From: Bacteroidia bacterium
GTDB lineage: Bacteria; Bacteroidota; Bacteroidia; SpSt-205
Length of the DNA stretch: 64,000 bases
NCBI GenBank assembly: GCA_026414975.1
Contig: JAOAHZ010000001.1
Location: 247,547 to 311,546 of the forward strand
Reading direction: 5' to 3'
Shown here: positions 28,760-37,620 of the stretch, one piece after another
Layout: each line of letters starts with the position of its first letter
Position numbering within the stretch: position 1 is the first letter of the stretch
Program-made: the position numbers and the translations under genes
The notes under the pieces: generated by a model
What the model was told of the DNA's origin: nothing
The model's input: only the letters and a program-made list of their open reading frames with translations
The model's database searches: none

Positions 28760-31651
28760 ATGAGGCGAATTTTACTCTCCGTCCTTATCTCTGGATTCGC
28801 ATGGGCGCAGGAAGAGCGGGAAGTACCCCGCCTCCTTGAGAAATCTAAACCTTCAGCTCCTACTAGCATAACCCTTCAGGGTGTGATACGAGATGCAACA
28901 ACGAAAGACCCTCTGCCTGGTGCCTACATACGTGTCAAGGGGAACTTAGCGGGTACGGTGTCTGGATCGGATGGGAGCTTTCGCCTCGCTGTCATAGGGT
29001 CCCTGCCTCTGACCTTAGAGGTGAGTTATATAGGCTATCAAACGACGGAAGTACAGGTTACTTCATCCGAAGCCATCCAAATCTTTCTGAAAGAGGGCGG
29101 AGTGGCAATGAGAGAGGTCGTGATTAGCACCAGTCGACTACCTGAGACTGTGTTAGAAGCGCCTGTAACGGTTACTCGGCTGGGAATCCGAGAACTTCAG
29201 GCCGCACCAGCCGCAAATATATTTCAGCAGCTCGCCACGATGAAAAATGTAGATGTTAGCTACCAATCTATCAACTTCCCTGTAATCAACACACGAGGTT
29301 TCGGCGGTCCAGGAAACCCTCGATTTGTGCAGCGTGTAGATGGAATAGAGATGATAGCTCCAGTTTTTGGGTTTCCTGTTGGGCTTCTTTCGGCACCTCC
29401 CGAGATAGATTTAGAACGAATGGAGCTTACAGCAGGTCCTGCCTCTGCGCTCTATGGCCCTAATGCATTCAACGGGTTATTAGACATGTACTCTCGGCCT
29501 CCTCGTCAATATCCAGGTCTATCCGCATCTTTTCGCCTCGGCGTCAACCACCTTGGTTCTGAGATTTCCACTCGTCCTTATCTTCATCTAAACGCCCGCT
29601 ATGCACAGACCATTTTAGAACGGCTCTCCTTCAAGGTTTTAGCAGAATATTTACGAGCGACAGATTGGCTGGCTACCGATTACAGTGATCAAGGTAGTTA
29701 TACGGGGGCCGACCCTCAATATACCTCGCCGGGCCTCCAGAATCCAGGCTACGATGGTGTCAATACATACGGAGATGAGGTTCGCATCCTTAACACAGCT
29801 CTTGGGCCTCTCCCTCAACTTTTTGGAATAAACGAGCGCTTTTACATTGCGCGTACGGGATATAGAGACCGAGACCTCATTAACCCTGAGGTGTTTATGC
29901 AGAAATATACTGCTCAGCTTCAGTACTTTTTGACGGACAACTTGGAGCTTTCCTGGCGCAGCTTCTTTTCTAACGGGAATACGATTTATCAGGCTGCTAA
30001 TCGTAATGTATTGCGCAACGTTCTATTCCATCAGCACAAAATAGAGCTGAAAGGCCGTCGCTTCTTTATCCGAAGTTATGGAAGCTGGGAAAGCTCTGGG
30101 CAAGCCTATGATAGTCGCTTTACAGCTATTTTTCTCAATCAGTGGGCTAAGCCTGATCCGGCTTGGTTTGTTCTCTATCATGAAGGATATGCTATGTACA
30201 GTTCTCATGAGCAGGCGCGTCTGTATGCTGATACGATCACTCAGCCCTCCCCTACTTATGCGGCAATAGCCCAAAACGTAGGACTACCCCGTGGTCCTTT
30301 TCGTCGGCGATTAGAGCCAACAGACCCTAACTTTCAGTCCGTCGTAGATGAAATAAATCGAGGATACATTCGTATCAATCGTCAAGCAGGTTTTTACGAC
30401 CGGTCTGCTTTCAATCATCATGAAGTGCAGTATGACTTGTCCGATATTACAGGAAAGTGGGTGGATATACTGATAGGAGGGAATCTTCGGCTCTTTCGCA
30501 TTAAGACCCGAGGAACCCTCTTTTCTGATTATAACGGACCCTTCTGGGTTCATGAATATGGAGCATTTATTCAAGCTAATCGCTGGTTATTCGATCGGAG
30601 GATTCGTTTTCTGGGCTCTATTCGTTATGATAAAAGTCAATATTTTCAGGGGCGATTCACCCCGCGCATAGCTCTATTATATGCTTTTGGAAAAGAGCGA
30701 CAGCATAGTCTGCGCGCTTCCTACCAGACCGGCTTCCGGATACCTACTCTTCAAGACCAGTTTATTGCTCTAGACATAGGGTTTCGCTCTATTACCTTGG
30801 GGGGCACTAAGCGAACCCGCTCTATATTCGGATTAGATAGATTTGCTTTCTCGCCAAGCGCCGTTCAAGCATATCAGCGTGCTGCAGCGGGTGTTCAGGA
30901 TAAGGACAGCCTTGCAAGGTTAGCTCGGCAATACCTGGTTCCTATTCGGTTAGACCCTCTCCGCCCAGAATTTACCCAGCAGTATGAAGTGGGGGGACGC
31001 TTCCAGCTCCTGCAAGGTCTATACATAGATGTGGAGTATGCAAGGGCTCTTTATCAAGATTTCGTCTTGTATCGGCGGGTAATCTCCTCAGAGCCTCTCT
31101 ATGAGAATAACTCTACACGCCCGATAGGCCTTACTAATATAGACCCTTCAACGGAAGAAGGTCTTACTAATCTGCGAGACGGGCGCTTCTACGAATATAG
31201 TACAGCGACTAACTATGAGGAGCGCGTATTCGCCGAGTATGCTTCAGCAGGGATAGAATATGCTATCACACCCAAGATACTGTGGACGCTCTCCTACAGC
31301 TACGCTATATTGGTATTGTCAGGTGTATCAGACCCGAGCCTCCTACCTAACTTCAATACACCCAGGCATAAGGTGGGTAGCGCATTATACCTTACGGGCT
31401 TTGGTCGCTGGGGAGCAGGCCTAAACTATAGGTGGATAGATGCATTTAGGATGGATGGACTTATCATAGGTCCAGTTCCAGCCGCTCAGTGGGTAGATCT
31501 ACAGATCTCTTACAACGTGCCCAAGTGGAAGACTCAGTTTCGGGTTGGAGGGCAAAACTTACTCAATACTCGGTATGTTCAAATCCCAGGAGGCCCTCAG
31601 GTGGGTGGAATCTACTATTTCCAGATTATATACGATCCCCTTCTGCGATGA
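28760..31651 (+). CDS. TonB-dependent outer-membrane receptor with an N-terminal CarbopepD_reg-like domain.
   Basis: Signal peptide ending FAWAQ. CarbopepD_reg-like segment LQGVIRDATTKDPLPGAYIRVKGNLAGTVSGSDGSFRL. Plug-domain motifs VTRLGIRELQ and NTRGFGGPGNPRFVQRVDGIEM. The C-terminus ends in an aromatic residue rich beta-barrel. A TATATTTG box lies 4 nt upstream. Confidence 0.75.
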   Translation: MRRILLSVLISGFAWAQEEREVPRLLEKSKPSAPTSITLQGVIRDATTKDPLPGAYIRVKGNLAGTVSGSDGSFRLAVIGSLPLTLEVSYIGYQTTEVQVTSSEAIQIFLKEGGVAMREVVISTSRLPETVLEAPVTVTRLGIRELQAAPAANIFQQLATMKNVDVSYQSINFPVINTRGFGGPGNPRFVQRVDGIEMIAPVFGFPVGLLSAPPEIDLERMELTAGPASALYGPNAFNGLLDMYSRPPRQYPGLSASFRLGVNHLGSEISTRPYLHLNARYAQTILERLSFKVLAEYLRATDWLATDYSDQGSYTGADPQYTSPGLQNPGYDGVNTYGDEVRILNTALGPLPQLFGINERFYIARTGYRDRDLINPEVFMQKYTAQLQYFLTDNLELSWRSFFSNGNTIYQAANRNVLRNVLFHQHKIELKGRRFFIRSYGSWESSGQAYDSRFTAIFLNQWAKPDPAWFVLYHEGYAMYSSHEQARLYADTITQPSPTYAAIAQNVGLPRGPFRRRLEPTDPNFQSVVDEINRGYIRINRQAGFYDRSAFNHHEVQYDLSDITGKWVDILIGGNLRLFRIKTRGTLFSDYNGPFWVHEYGAFIQANRWLFDRRIRFLGSIRYDKSQYFQGRFTPRIALLYAFGKERQHSLRASYQTGFRIPTLQDQFIALDIGFRSITLGGTKRTRSIFGLDRFAFSPSAVQAYQRAAAGVQDKDSLARLARQYLVPIRLDPLRPEFTQQYEVGGRFQLLQGLYIDVEYARALYQDFVLYRRVISSEPLYENNSTRPIGLTNIDPSTEEGLTNLRDGRFYEYSTATNYEERVFAEYASAGIEYAITPKILWTLSYSYAILVLSGVSDPSLLPNFNTPRHKVGSALYLTGFGRWGAGLNYRWIDAFRMDGLIIGPVPAAQWVDLQISYNVPKWKTQFRVGGQNLLNTRYVQIPGGPQVGGIYYFQIIYDPLLR

Positions 31652-31846
31652 GCTGCGGCAGCTCAGTTGCCTGTGCTTGCCCCTCCCCGAACGGCTTTCA
31701 AGTGTTGGATTAGAAGTGAGTCTATTGGCTACAGGCTAGGGTCATACCCGAAGAGAAGCAAGATGAACAAGCTGGAGAGTAGCCTAAACAAAGTTACGGA
31801 TTTTTTTCTCTGAGGTATTAGGGGCGACGAGTATACCTTTGTAGCG

Positions 31847-34318
31847 ATGAAGACCTCCCCTCTACATTTTATTTTGAGCCTATCCGCCCTTTTTGCCCAG
31901 CAGTACTTCCCCTTTGCGATAGGGCATTCGGCTGGAGTCTTAGGCGCTCAGATCAACCCCGCTTCCATAGCTGACAGCCGATATAGGTTTGATCTCCTGT
32001 TTTTTGGTACGAGCCTGAATCTCTCCAATAACTATGTAGGAGCTCGCCGAGAGCTGCTCACGGACTTCATTCGATATGGTGGAGATTTTCCTGATACGAT
32101 AGACTTTCAGAAGACTTACTTGGTGGATGACTATCAGAATACCTCGCTCAAGCAGGTTCGCTTTGAACAGCAGGTTCTTTTGCCCAGCTTTCTCCTAACT
32201 TTAGGAAGGCGTTCCGCTATAGCCCTCAATCTGCGTCTGCGTAACCGATTCAGTCTGAATAATGTAGATTATCGTTTGGCCAAGTTAGCCTATGAGAGCT
32301 TGGAGTATCCGCCTTATTGGCGGCAGTGGATTGATGCTGGAGACCTTAGCTTTCAATACGCCACCTACTATGATATAGCGCTTACTTACGCTCGAGTCTT
32401 AGTGAATAGTGGTCGTCATCTCCTAAAAGGCGGACTCACGTTGCGATACCTTCATGGTGTATATGGAGCTTACTTCTATGTAGACCAGCTGCGGTTTCGC
32501 TATCAGTTTTACAACGATGACTCTTTGGCAATACAGGATGGTTCTCGCTTCTACTGGGGTCATGCGAAAGATTTTGATTACGATATTTATACCAAGATCT
32601 CAGAGCGCCCCTTTGACAATCAGACGCGGTTTTCTTTAGCAGGGGATGTGGGCTTGATTTATGAATTTCGGCCAAGGTATGATAGATATGTATATGACAT
32701 GGATGGTGAGGTGGGATTAGAGCGCCGAGATAGGGATCGCTATACATTGCGATTAGGGGTGGCTCTGCAGGACATTCGCTCAAGGATGAGGTTTGTGAAA
32801 GGGCCTCTGAGTAACCAAATAGAGATTACCCAAAATAGGCTGGATCAGACGATACACGAATGGAATCTTCGCCCCGTTCGCTTTCGATCTGTCAGGGACT
32901 TCAACGACACCCTTAGAAATCGTTTTGGTATCGCAGACAGTAATCCTGATTTTATTTTGAGGAACCAGATAGCTCTCAATTTAAGCTTGGATTGGCACAT
33001 CGGAGGGCCTTTGTATTTAGGAGGTCTTGGGGTGATACCGTTTGGAAAGGATGACCTACGCTTGCGGACTTTACGCTTTTTCTCTATATACCCCCGTTTA
33101 GAGACTCCAGTCATTACGCTGGGCATTCCTTTCACCATAAACGAGTGGGGTGATCGACTTTGGGGTGCTGCTGTGAAAATTGGACCCTTTGTAGTAGGTA
33201 CAAATAGCTTGAACTGGGTTTTTGGACAGCCTACGCTGCGTACGGTTGATTTTTACTTTATGTTCAAGAGTGGTATTCCGTATCGACGCCCTCGAGATAG
33301 AGACAAAGACGGCGTGTCTGATAAGCGGGACATGTGCCCGACGGTAGGAGGCTTGTGGGCGTTCCAGGGCTGTCCTGATAGCGATGGAGACCACATCCCT
33401 GATAAAGATGATGTTTGCCCCTTGGATCCGGGCGTGCCTAAGTTTCAGGGTTGTCCTGATGCCGATGGAGATGATATTCCAGACAAGGAGGACGCTTGTC
33501 CGACCGAGTCGGGCGTAGCTAAGTTCAAGGGCTGCCCTGATAGAGATGGTGATGATGTGCCTGATAAAGACGATATCTGCCCGGATGAAAAGGGACTACC
33601 TCAATTTCGGGGCTGTCCTGACTCCGATGGCGATGGCATTCCGGACAAGGAGGACGAATGTCCTGCCCAAGCGGGACTTGCTGCGTTCAAGGGATGCCCT
33701 GATTCAGACGGCGATGGTATTCCCGATAAGGAGGATGCTTGCCCTAATCAAGCAGGACTTATAGCGTTCAAAGGATGCCCAGATACAGATCGAGATGGAA
33801 TCCCTGATGCAGAGGATCGCTGTCCTGATCAACCTGGTCCTGCTGAAAATAAGGGTTGTCCATTTGCCGACCAGGATAGGGATGGCGTATTGGATAAAGA
33901 CGATGACTGTCCATTTACTCCTGGTACGCCAGCTAATCGGGGTTGTCCTGAGATACCCAAAGAGCAGAAGCGCATACTGGATATGGCGTTTCGAAATTTA
34001 GAGTTTGAAACCGCCAAGGCTATCATTCGTCCAAGGTCACTTCCCTATCTGGATACACTGGCTATGCTCCTTATAGATAATCCCACCTATAAGCTCAAAA
34101 TATCAGGGCATACCGATAATCAAGGCACGCTTGAATATAACATGAAGTTATCTAAAGCGCGAGCCGAAGCCGTTCGCAACTACCTGGTCTCGCAAGGGGT
34201 ATCAGCGGATAGATTTATTGTGGAATACTTCGGTCCGCTGCGACCTATAGCCTCCAATGCTACGCCTCAGGGCCGAGCACGAAATCGTCGGGTAGAGATG
34301 AAGGTTGTATTTGACTGA
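31847..34318 (+). CDS. OmpA-family outer-membrane protein with an N-terminal beta-barrel-like domain, about 8 thrombospondin type-3 (Ca-binding) repeats, and a C-terminal OmpA peptidoglycan-binding domain.
   Basis: Signal peptide ending LFAQ. Repeats of the form GCPDxDGDGIPDKEDxCP. OmpA_C motifs ISGHTDNQGTLEYNMKLSKARAEAVRNYL ... NRRVEM. Confidence 0.85.
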   Translation: MKTSPLHFILSLSALFAQQYFPFAIGHSAGVLGAQINPASIADSRYRFDLLFFGTSLNLSNNYVGARRELLTDFIRYGGDFPDTIDFQKTYLVDDYQNTSLKQVRFEQQVLLPSFLLTLGRRSAIALNLRLRNRFSLNNVDYRLAKLAYESLEYPPYWRQWIDAGDLSFQYATYYDIALTYARVLVNSGRHLLKGGLTLRYLHGVYGAYFYVDQLRFRYQFYNDDSLAIQDGSRFYWGHAKDFDYDIYTKISERPFDNQTRFSLAGDVGLIYEFRPRYDRYVYDMDGEVGLERRDRDRYTLRLGVALQDIRSRMRFVKGPLSNQIEITQNRLDQTIHEWNLRPVRFRSVRDFNDTLRNRFGIADSNPDFILRNQIALNLSLDWHIGGPLYLGGLGVIPFGKDDLRLRTLRFFSIYPRLETPVITLGIPFTINEWGDRLWGAAVKIGPFVVGTNSLNWVFGQPTLRTVDFYFMFKSGIPYRRPRDRDKDGVSDKRDMCPTVGGLWAFQGCPDSDGDHIPDKDDVCPLDPGVPKFQGCPDADGDDIPDKEDACPTESGVAKFKGCPDRDGDDVPDKDDICPDEKGLPQFRGCPDSDGDGIPDKEDECPAQAGLAAFKGCPDSDGDGIPDKEDACPNQAGLIAFKGCPDTDRDGIPDAEDRCPDQPGPAENKGCPFADQDRDGVLDKDDDCPFTPGTPANRGCPEIPKEQKRILDMAFRNLEFETAKAIIRPRSLPYLDTLAMLLIDNPTYKLKISGHTDNQGTLEYNMKLSKARAEAVRNYLVSQGVSADRFIVEYFGPLRPIASNATPQGRARNRRVEMKVVFD
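33295..33955 (+). repeat. Intragenic tandem array of about 8 units of 81 nt (27 aa) encoding the TSP3 Ca-binding repeats. The units are diverged at wobble positions.
   Basis: Protein-level period FxGCPDxDGDxIPDK(E/D)DxCPxxxGxxx, repeated at FQGCPDSDGDHIPDKDDVCP, FQGCPDADGDDIPDKEDACP, FKGCPDRDGDDVPDKDDICP, FRGCPDSDGDGIPDKEDECP, FKGCPDSDGDGIPDKEDACP, FKGCPDTDRDGIPDAEDRCP, and so on. Confidence 0.85.
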
Positions 34319-34548
34319 GATGTACTTCTCTCTGGCTCTGCAAGAAAGGAGGGCCCGCCTTAGGATGGGTGTATTAGATATTGACTCAATGCAAAGGAGG
34401 CTTGCTGACATTTCCCTGAATAAGCGCCATCTACTCTTAGGGACATACGAAGAGCAGAACTAATCCGATTGGGAAAGGATGCGGTCTATTGACAATCCAA
34501 ACTCTGGCGGTGAAAGGACTTCAGTACCTTAGCTGAGGGTAGGGTCTC

Positions 34549-35307
34549 TTAGTTGGGTATGTAGATTTTCCGAGCAAACTCCCCATGAGCTGTGCGCCAC
34601 GATAAGATATATAGCCCGGGTAGGAGTTGAATCTTACTGCCCTGACTGGGGAACATACGAGCCACGACTTGTCCCTCTAAGTTATATAGGGTGGCTTCGC
34701 TAAACTCCTCCCGAAAGCTCAGCTCATGGGACTGAATCGTAAAGGGAAGGGAGGCACCTTGGTCCGGGTTGAGGGTTAGCGTAGCCGTGCCGGGGGCATC
34801 ACCGCTAGGGGAGCCGTTCCCGTTTACGGCATTTGCAGCAATATACCATGTGATAGGTCCGACGTTTGTGGCAGGGGGGGTCCATTCAAAAGTCCATGTG
34901 CCTGAGTTGGAAACGCCCTGATGAGCGATGTAGCGTCTCCCGCCCGAGCCCGTCTGGAGCACTACGTTACTACTACTTCCTGTGGCAAGGCCTTGATTGG
35001 GGATATTCTGCTGTCCCGATTGCGCACTTAGAACGGTAAGCTGAAATCCATAGCGAGATAGGCTGGGGTGGGAGACGGTTAGGGTAAGGGTAAGAGGGGC
35101 TCCCCCTGGCGCATAGGTTGAGAGAGGGCTGCCATTATGGGTGAGGGCGATAGTAGGAGCGGTAGAAACGCCTGCATGACAGCTTGCGCAAGTACCTTCA
35201 TTCGGGGCTCCGCTATATCCAACCGGCGGTTGGCTGGAGTTAGCTTCCTTGAAGGCTATCAGAGACAGGCTCAGGGCCCCTATCCAGAGAAGTAGGGTCT
35301 TTTGCAT
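34549..35307 (-). CDS. Secreted protein with a T9SS (Por) C-terminal sorting domain.
   Basis: Signal peptide MQKTLLLWIGALSLSLIAF. A Ser/Thr/Gly/Asn-rich body. The C-terminal roughly 70 aa, ATLYNLEGQVVARMFPSQGSKIQLLPGLYILSWRTAHGEFARKIYIPN, match the T9SS CTD pattern. Confidence 0.7.
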   Translation of the reverse strand: MQKTLLLWIGALSLSLIAFKEANSSQPPVGYSGAPNEGTCASCHAGVSTAPTIALTHNGSPLSTYAPGGAPLTLTLTVSHPSLSRYGFQLTVLSAQSGQQNIPNQGLATGSSSNVVLQTGSGGRRYIAHQGVSNSGTWTFEWTPPATNVGPITWYIAANAVNGNGSPSGDAPGTATLTLNPDQGASLPFTIQSHELSFREEFSEATLYNLEGQVVARMFPSQGSKIQLLPGLYILSWRTAHGEFARKIYIPN

Positions 35308-35337
35308 AGGCCTAATTAAGAGAAAATTCAGGAAAAA

Positions 35338-36801
35338 TCAGTAAGCTCGTGCAAAAAGCACACGCTGCTGTGAAACTCGTCCTGAGTAGATACATTTTCC
35401 CAGTTCAGGGTTTGTATTGAAGGGGATACAGCGAATCGTTGCGCCTGTTTCCTCTTTGATAGCGAGTTCGGTTTCAGTTGTGCCGTCCCAGTGAGCTAAA
35501 ATAAACCCGCCGGCTTTTTCTAAAATATCCCGCATTTCCGCGTAACTATCCACGACGTGAGTCTGACTTTGTATACGCGCTTTGGCTCTCTCAAAAAGAG
35601 CCAGCTGGGTAGCTTCAAGCCACTCTGGAATGCGCTGTATAGCTTCTTGGGTAGGGTAAGTCTGCTTTTCACCCGTATATCGCCAAGCTACCTCTAAGGT
35701 ATCGGTCTCTAAATCCCTTGGTCCAAGAGCAATGCGTAATGGCACGCCCCGAAGCTCCCATTCGTTGAACTTCCATCCTGGGCGATGCTGAGGGTCATCG
35801 TCTACTTTGATGCGTAGGCCTTTAGCGCGGAGATGCGCGGCTATTTCGTGGGCCTTAGAGACGATAGAGGCTCGTTCCTCTTCACTGCGCCAGATAGGTA
35901 TAATGATGACTTGGATGGGCGCAATCTTGGGCGGGAGAATAAGCCCCTTCTCATCGCCGTGGGAGAGAATAACCGCCCCGACCAGCCGAGTAGAGACTCC
36001 CCAGGAAGTTGCCCAGACGTACTCCAGCTCATTCTGAGCGTTCAAGAACTTTACATCAAAGGCCCGAGCAAAGTTTTGCCCCAGGAAGTGCGAAGTCCCC
36101 GCTTGAAGAGCTTTACCGTCTATGAGGAGGGTTTCTATGGTGAAGGTTTCTACAGCCCCTGCAAAGCGTTCGTTAGGTGTTTTGCGGCCTTTGATAACGG
36201 GAATCGCCAGATACTCTTGCACAAACTCCTCGTATAGGTCCAACATGCGCAACGCTTCTTGGAGGGCTTCCTCTGCTGTGGCATGCGCAGTATGACCTTC
36301 CTGCCATAAAAACTCGGCTGTACGCAAGAAGAGGCGGGGGCGCTTTTCCCAGCGAACTACATTAGCCCATTGATTGATAAGGAGGGGAAGGTCTCGGTAA
36401 GATTGAATCCATCCTCTAAAAGCGTCCCAGATAATGGTCTCAGAGGTGGGACGGACTACAAGGGGTTCTTCTAAGGCTGCCTCGGGGTCTATGGATACGT
36501 TACGGGTTTCGGGATTTGTCTTGATGCGATAATGCGTTACGACAGCGCACTCCTGAGCGAAGCCTTCTACATGCTGAGCCTCTTTAGCTAAAAAACTTAG
36601 GGGAATAAAAAGCGGAAAGTAAGCATTTTGATGCCCGGTACGCCTAAAGGCCTCATCTAAGGGCCGCTGGATATTTTCCCACAAAGCCCAGCCGTAAGGT
36701 TTGATGGTCATGCAGCCTCGCACAGGGGAATGTTCTGCGAGACCGGCTCGTTCTACTATTTCGTTATACCATTCACTGACGGTCTGCATCGGGATTGGCA
36801 T
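35338..36801 (-). CDS. proS: Proline--tRNA ligase, archaeal/eukaryotic-like class II type.
   Basis: MPIPMQTVSEWYNEIVERAGL ... with class II aaRS motifs and a C-terminal Zn-binding-like tail (CIPFNTNPELGKCIYSG). The start is set at the internal ATG, giving 487 aa. The track's longer ORF adds an unlikely 47-aa extension. Confidence 0.85.
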   Translation of the reverse strand: MPIPMQTVSEWYNEIVERAGLAEHSPVRGCMTIKPYGWALWENIQRPLDEAFRRTGHQNAYFPLFIPLSFLAKEAQHVEGFAQECAVVTHYRIKTNPETRNVSIDPEAALEEPLVVRPTSETIIWDAFRGWIQSYRDLPLLINQWANVVRWEKRPRLFLRTAEFLWQEGHTAHATAEEALQEALRMLDLYEEFVQEYLAIPVIKGRKTPNERFAGAVETFTIETLLIDGKALQAGTSHFLGQNFARAFDVKFLNAQNELEYVWATSWGVSTRLVGAVILSHGDEKGLILPPKIAPIQVIIIPIWRSEEERASIVSKAHEIAAHLRAKGLRIKVDDDPQHRPGWKFNEWELRGVPLRIALGPRDLETDTLEVAWRYTGEKQTYPTQEAIQRIPEWLEATQLALFERAKARIQSQTHVVDSYAEMRDILEKAGGFILAHWDGTTETELAIKEETGATIRCIPFNTNPELGKCIYSGRVSQQRVLFARAY

Positions 36802-36844
36802 GAGTTTCGTATATTTGTCAGTAGGCAGCAAAAGTAACACGACC

Positions 36845-37618
36845 ATGAAAACGGTAGTCCGACTTTGGATAGGAGCCTTAGTGCTCCTTTTAGCGTGGGG
36901 CTGCGGAGCGAGTCGCTCTGCCAGCACGGCGCAAAATGACACGTATCTCTCTGCAAAAGAACGGTCCCGCCTAAATCAGTCGGTGCAGAGCTCAGAAAAT
37001 AGCGGTGATGTCGATGCTCGCGCCGACAACTACGAGAGTTCCGAGCGTCCTTCTCGACGACGGGACTGGGAGGATGATGACTACTGCTACTCTTGCCGCA
37101 TTCGGCGCTACTCTACAGGGGTTTGGTATGACCCATGGTTTGATCCGTGGTGCGGCCCTGGGTGGGGTTGGAGAAGGTCTTGGTGGAGTCCTGGTTGGGG
37201 CTGGTCTGTGGCTTGGGGACCCAGTTGGGGCTGGGGCCCTACTTGGGGATGGGGGCCTACTTGGGGCTGGGCTGCTATGCCGGGATGGTACTATACGCCT
37301 GGATGGGGATGGACCTATTACGCAGGTCCCGTCTGGTATGATGGAGGATGGAGCGCTGCTCCTTCTCGTCGCCCGAACTATATGCCTCGCACCTACACTG
37401 CCCCACGAGGCAATACAGTATATACACCGCCTCGAAGCAGTTCGGTAGGTACGTCTACACCGCCTCGTCGCACCGCTGCTCCTGCACCCGCAGCGCGCCC
37501 TTCTCCTGCTCCAGGCGTGCGCAGTACTTACGATCCTGTGGGACCTCGTCCCAGCGCGTCGTATGGGGGTACGGGAGGAGGTATCCGGACCTCTACAGGT
37601 GGGGCTCGTCCTCGGTAA
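36845..37618 (+). CDS. Lipoprotein with a Trp/Gly-rich GW-repeat core and a Pro/Ser/Thr/Arg-rich tail (low complexity).
   Basis: Lipobox ALVLLLAWGCGAS. Core WYDPWFDPWCGPGWGWRRSWWSPGWGWSVAWGPSWGWGPTWGWGPTWGWAAMPGWYYTPGWGWTYY. The C-terminus is PRR/TSA rich. A TATATTTG box lies 27 nt upstream. Confidence 0.5.
   Translation: MKTVVRLWIGALVLLLAWGCGASRSASTAQNDTYLSAKERSRLNQSVQSSENSGDVDARADNYESSERPSRRRDWEDDDYCYSCRIRRYSTGVWYDPWFDPWCGPGWGWRRSWWSPGWGWSVAWGPSWGWGPTWGWGPTWGWAAMPGWYYTPGWGWTYYAGPVWYDGGWSAAPSRRPNYMPRTYTAPRGNTVYTPPRSSSVGTSTPPRRTAAPAPAARPSPAPGVRSTYDPVGPRPSASYGGTGGGIRTSTGGARPR
37215..37275 (+). repeat. Imperfect 18-nt tandem repeat (x3) encoding the hexapeptide GP(S/T)WGW.
   Basis: ggacccagttggggctgg / ggccctacttggggatgg / gggcctacttggggctgg. 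Confidence 0.7.
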
Positions 37619-37620
37619 AA

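Noticed and set aside
31561-31600. A tRNA T-arm-like string (ggtatgttcaaatccc) inside the TonB-dependent receptor CDS.
   Set aside because: It is inside an ORF with good coding signal, and no acceptor or anticodon stems flank it.
35338-36942. The long form of the proS ORF (534 aa), which overlaps the GW lipoprotein gene on the opposite strand.
   Set aside because: The first 47 codons have no ProRS similarity. The internal ATG gives a canonical-length enzyme and removes the overlap.
37005-37448. A 147-aa G/L/A-rich ORF and a 64-aa ORF in other frames over the GW-repeat gene.
   Set aside because: These are alternative-frame readings of the G-rich tandem repeat. The frame with the lipobox and the upstream promoter box is preferred.
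37348-37620. A 91-codon N-terminal extension of the cystathionine beta-synthase-like ORF in the track.
   Set aside because: The extension is the +1 frame of the upstream GW lipoprotein tail (Cys/Ser/Arg-rich nonsense). The conserved protein begins at ATG 37621, right after the upstream stop.
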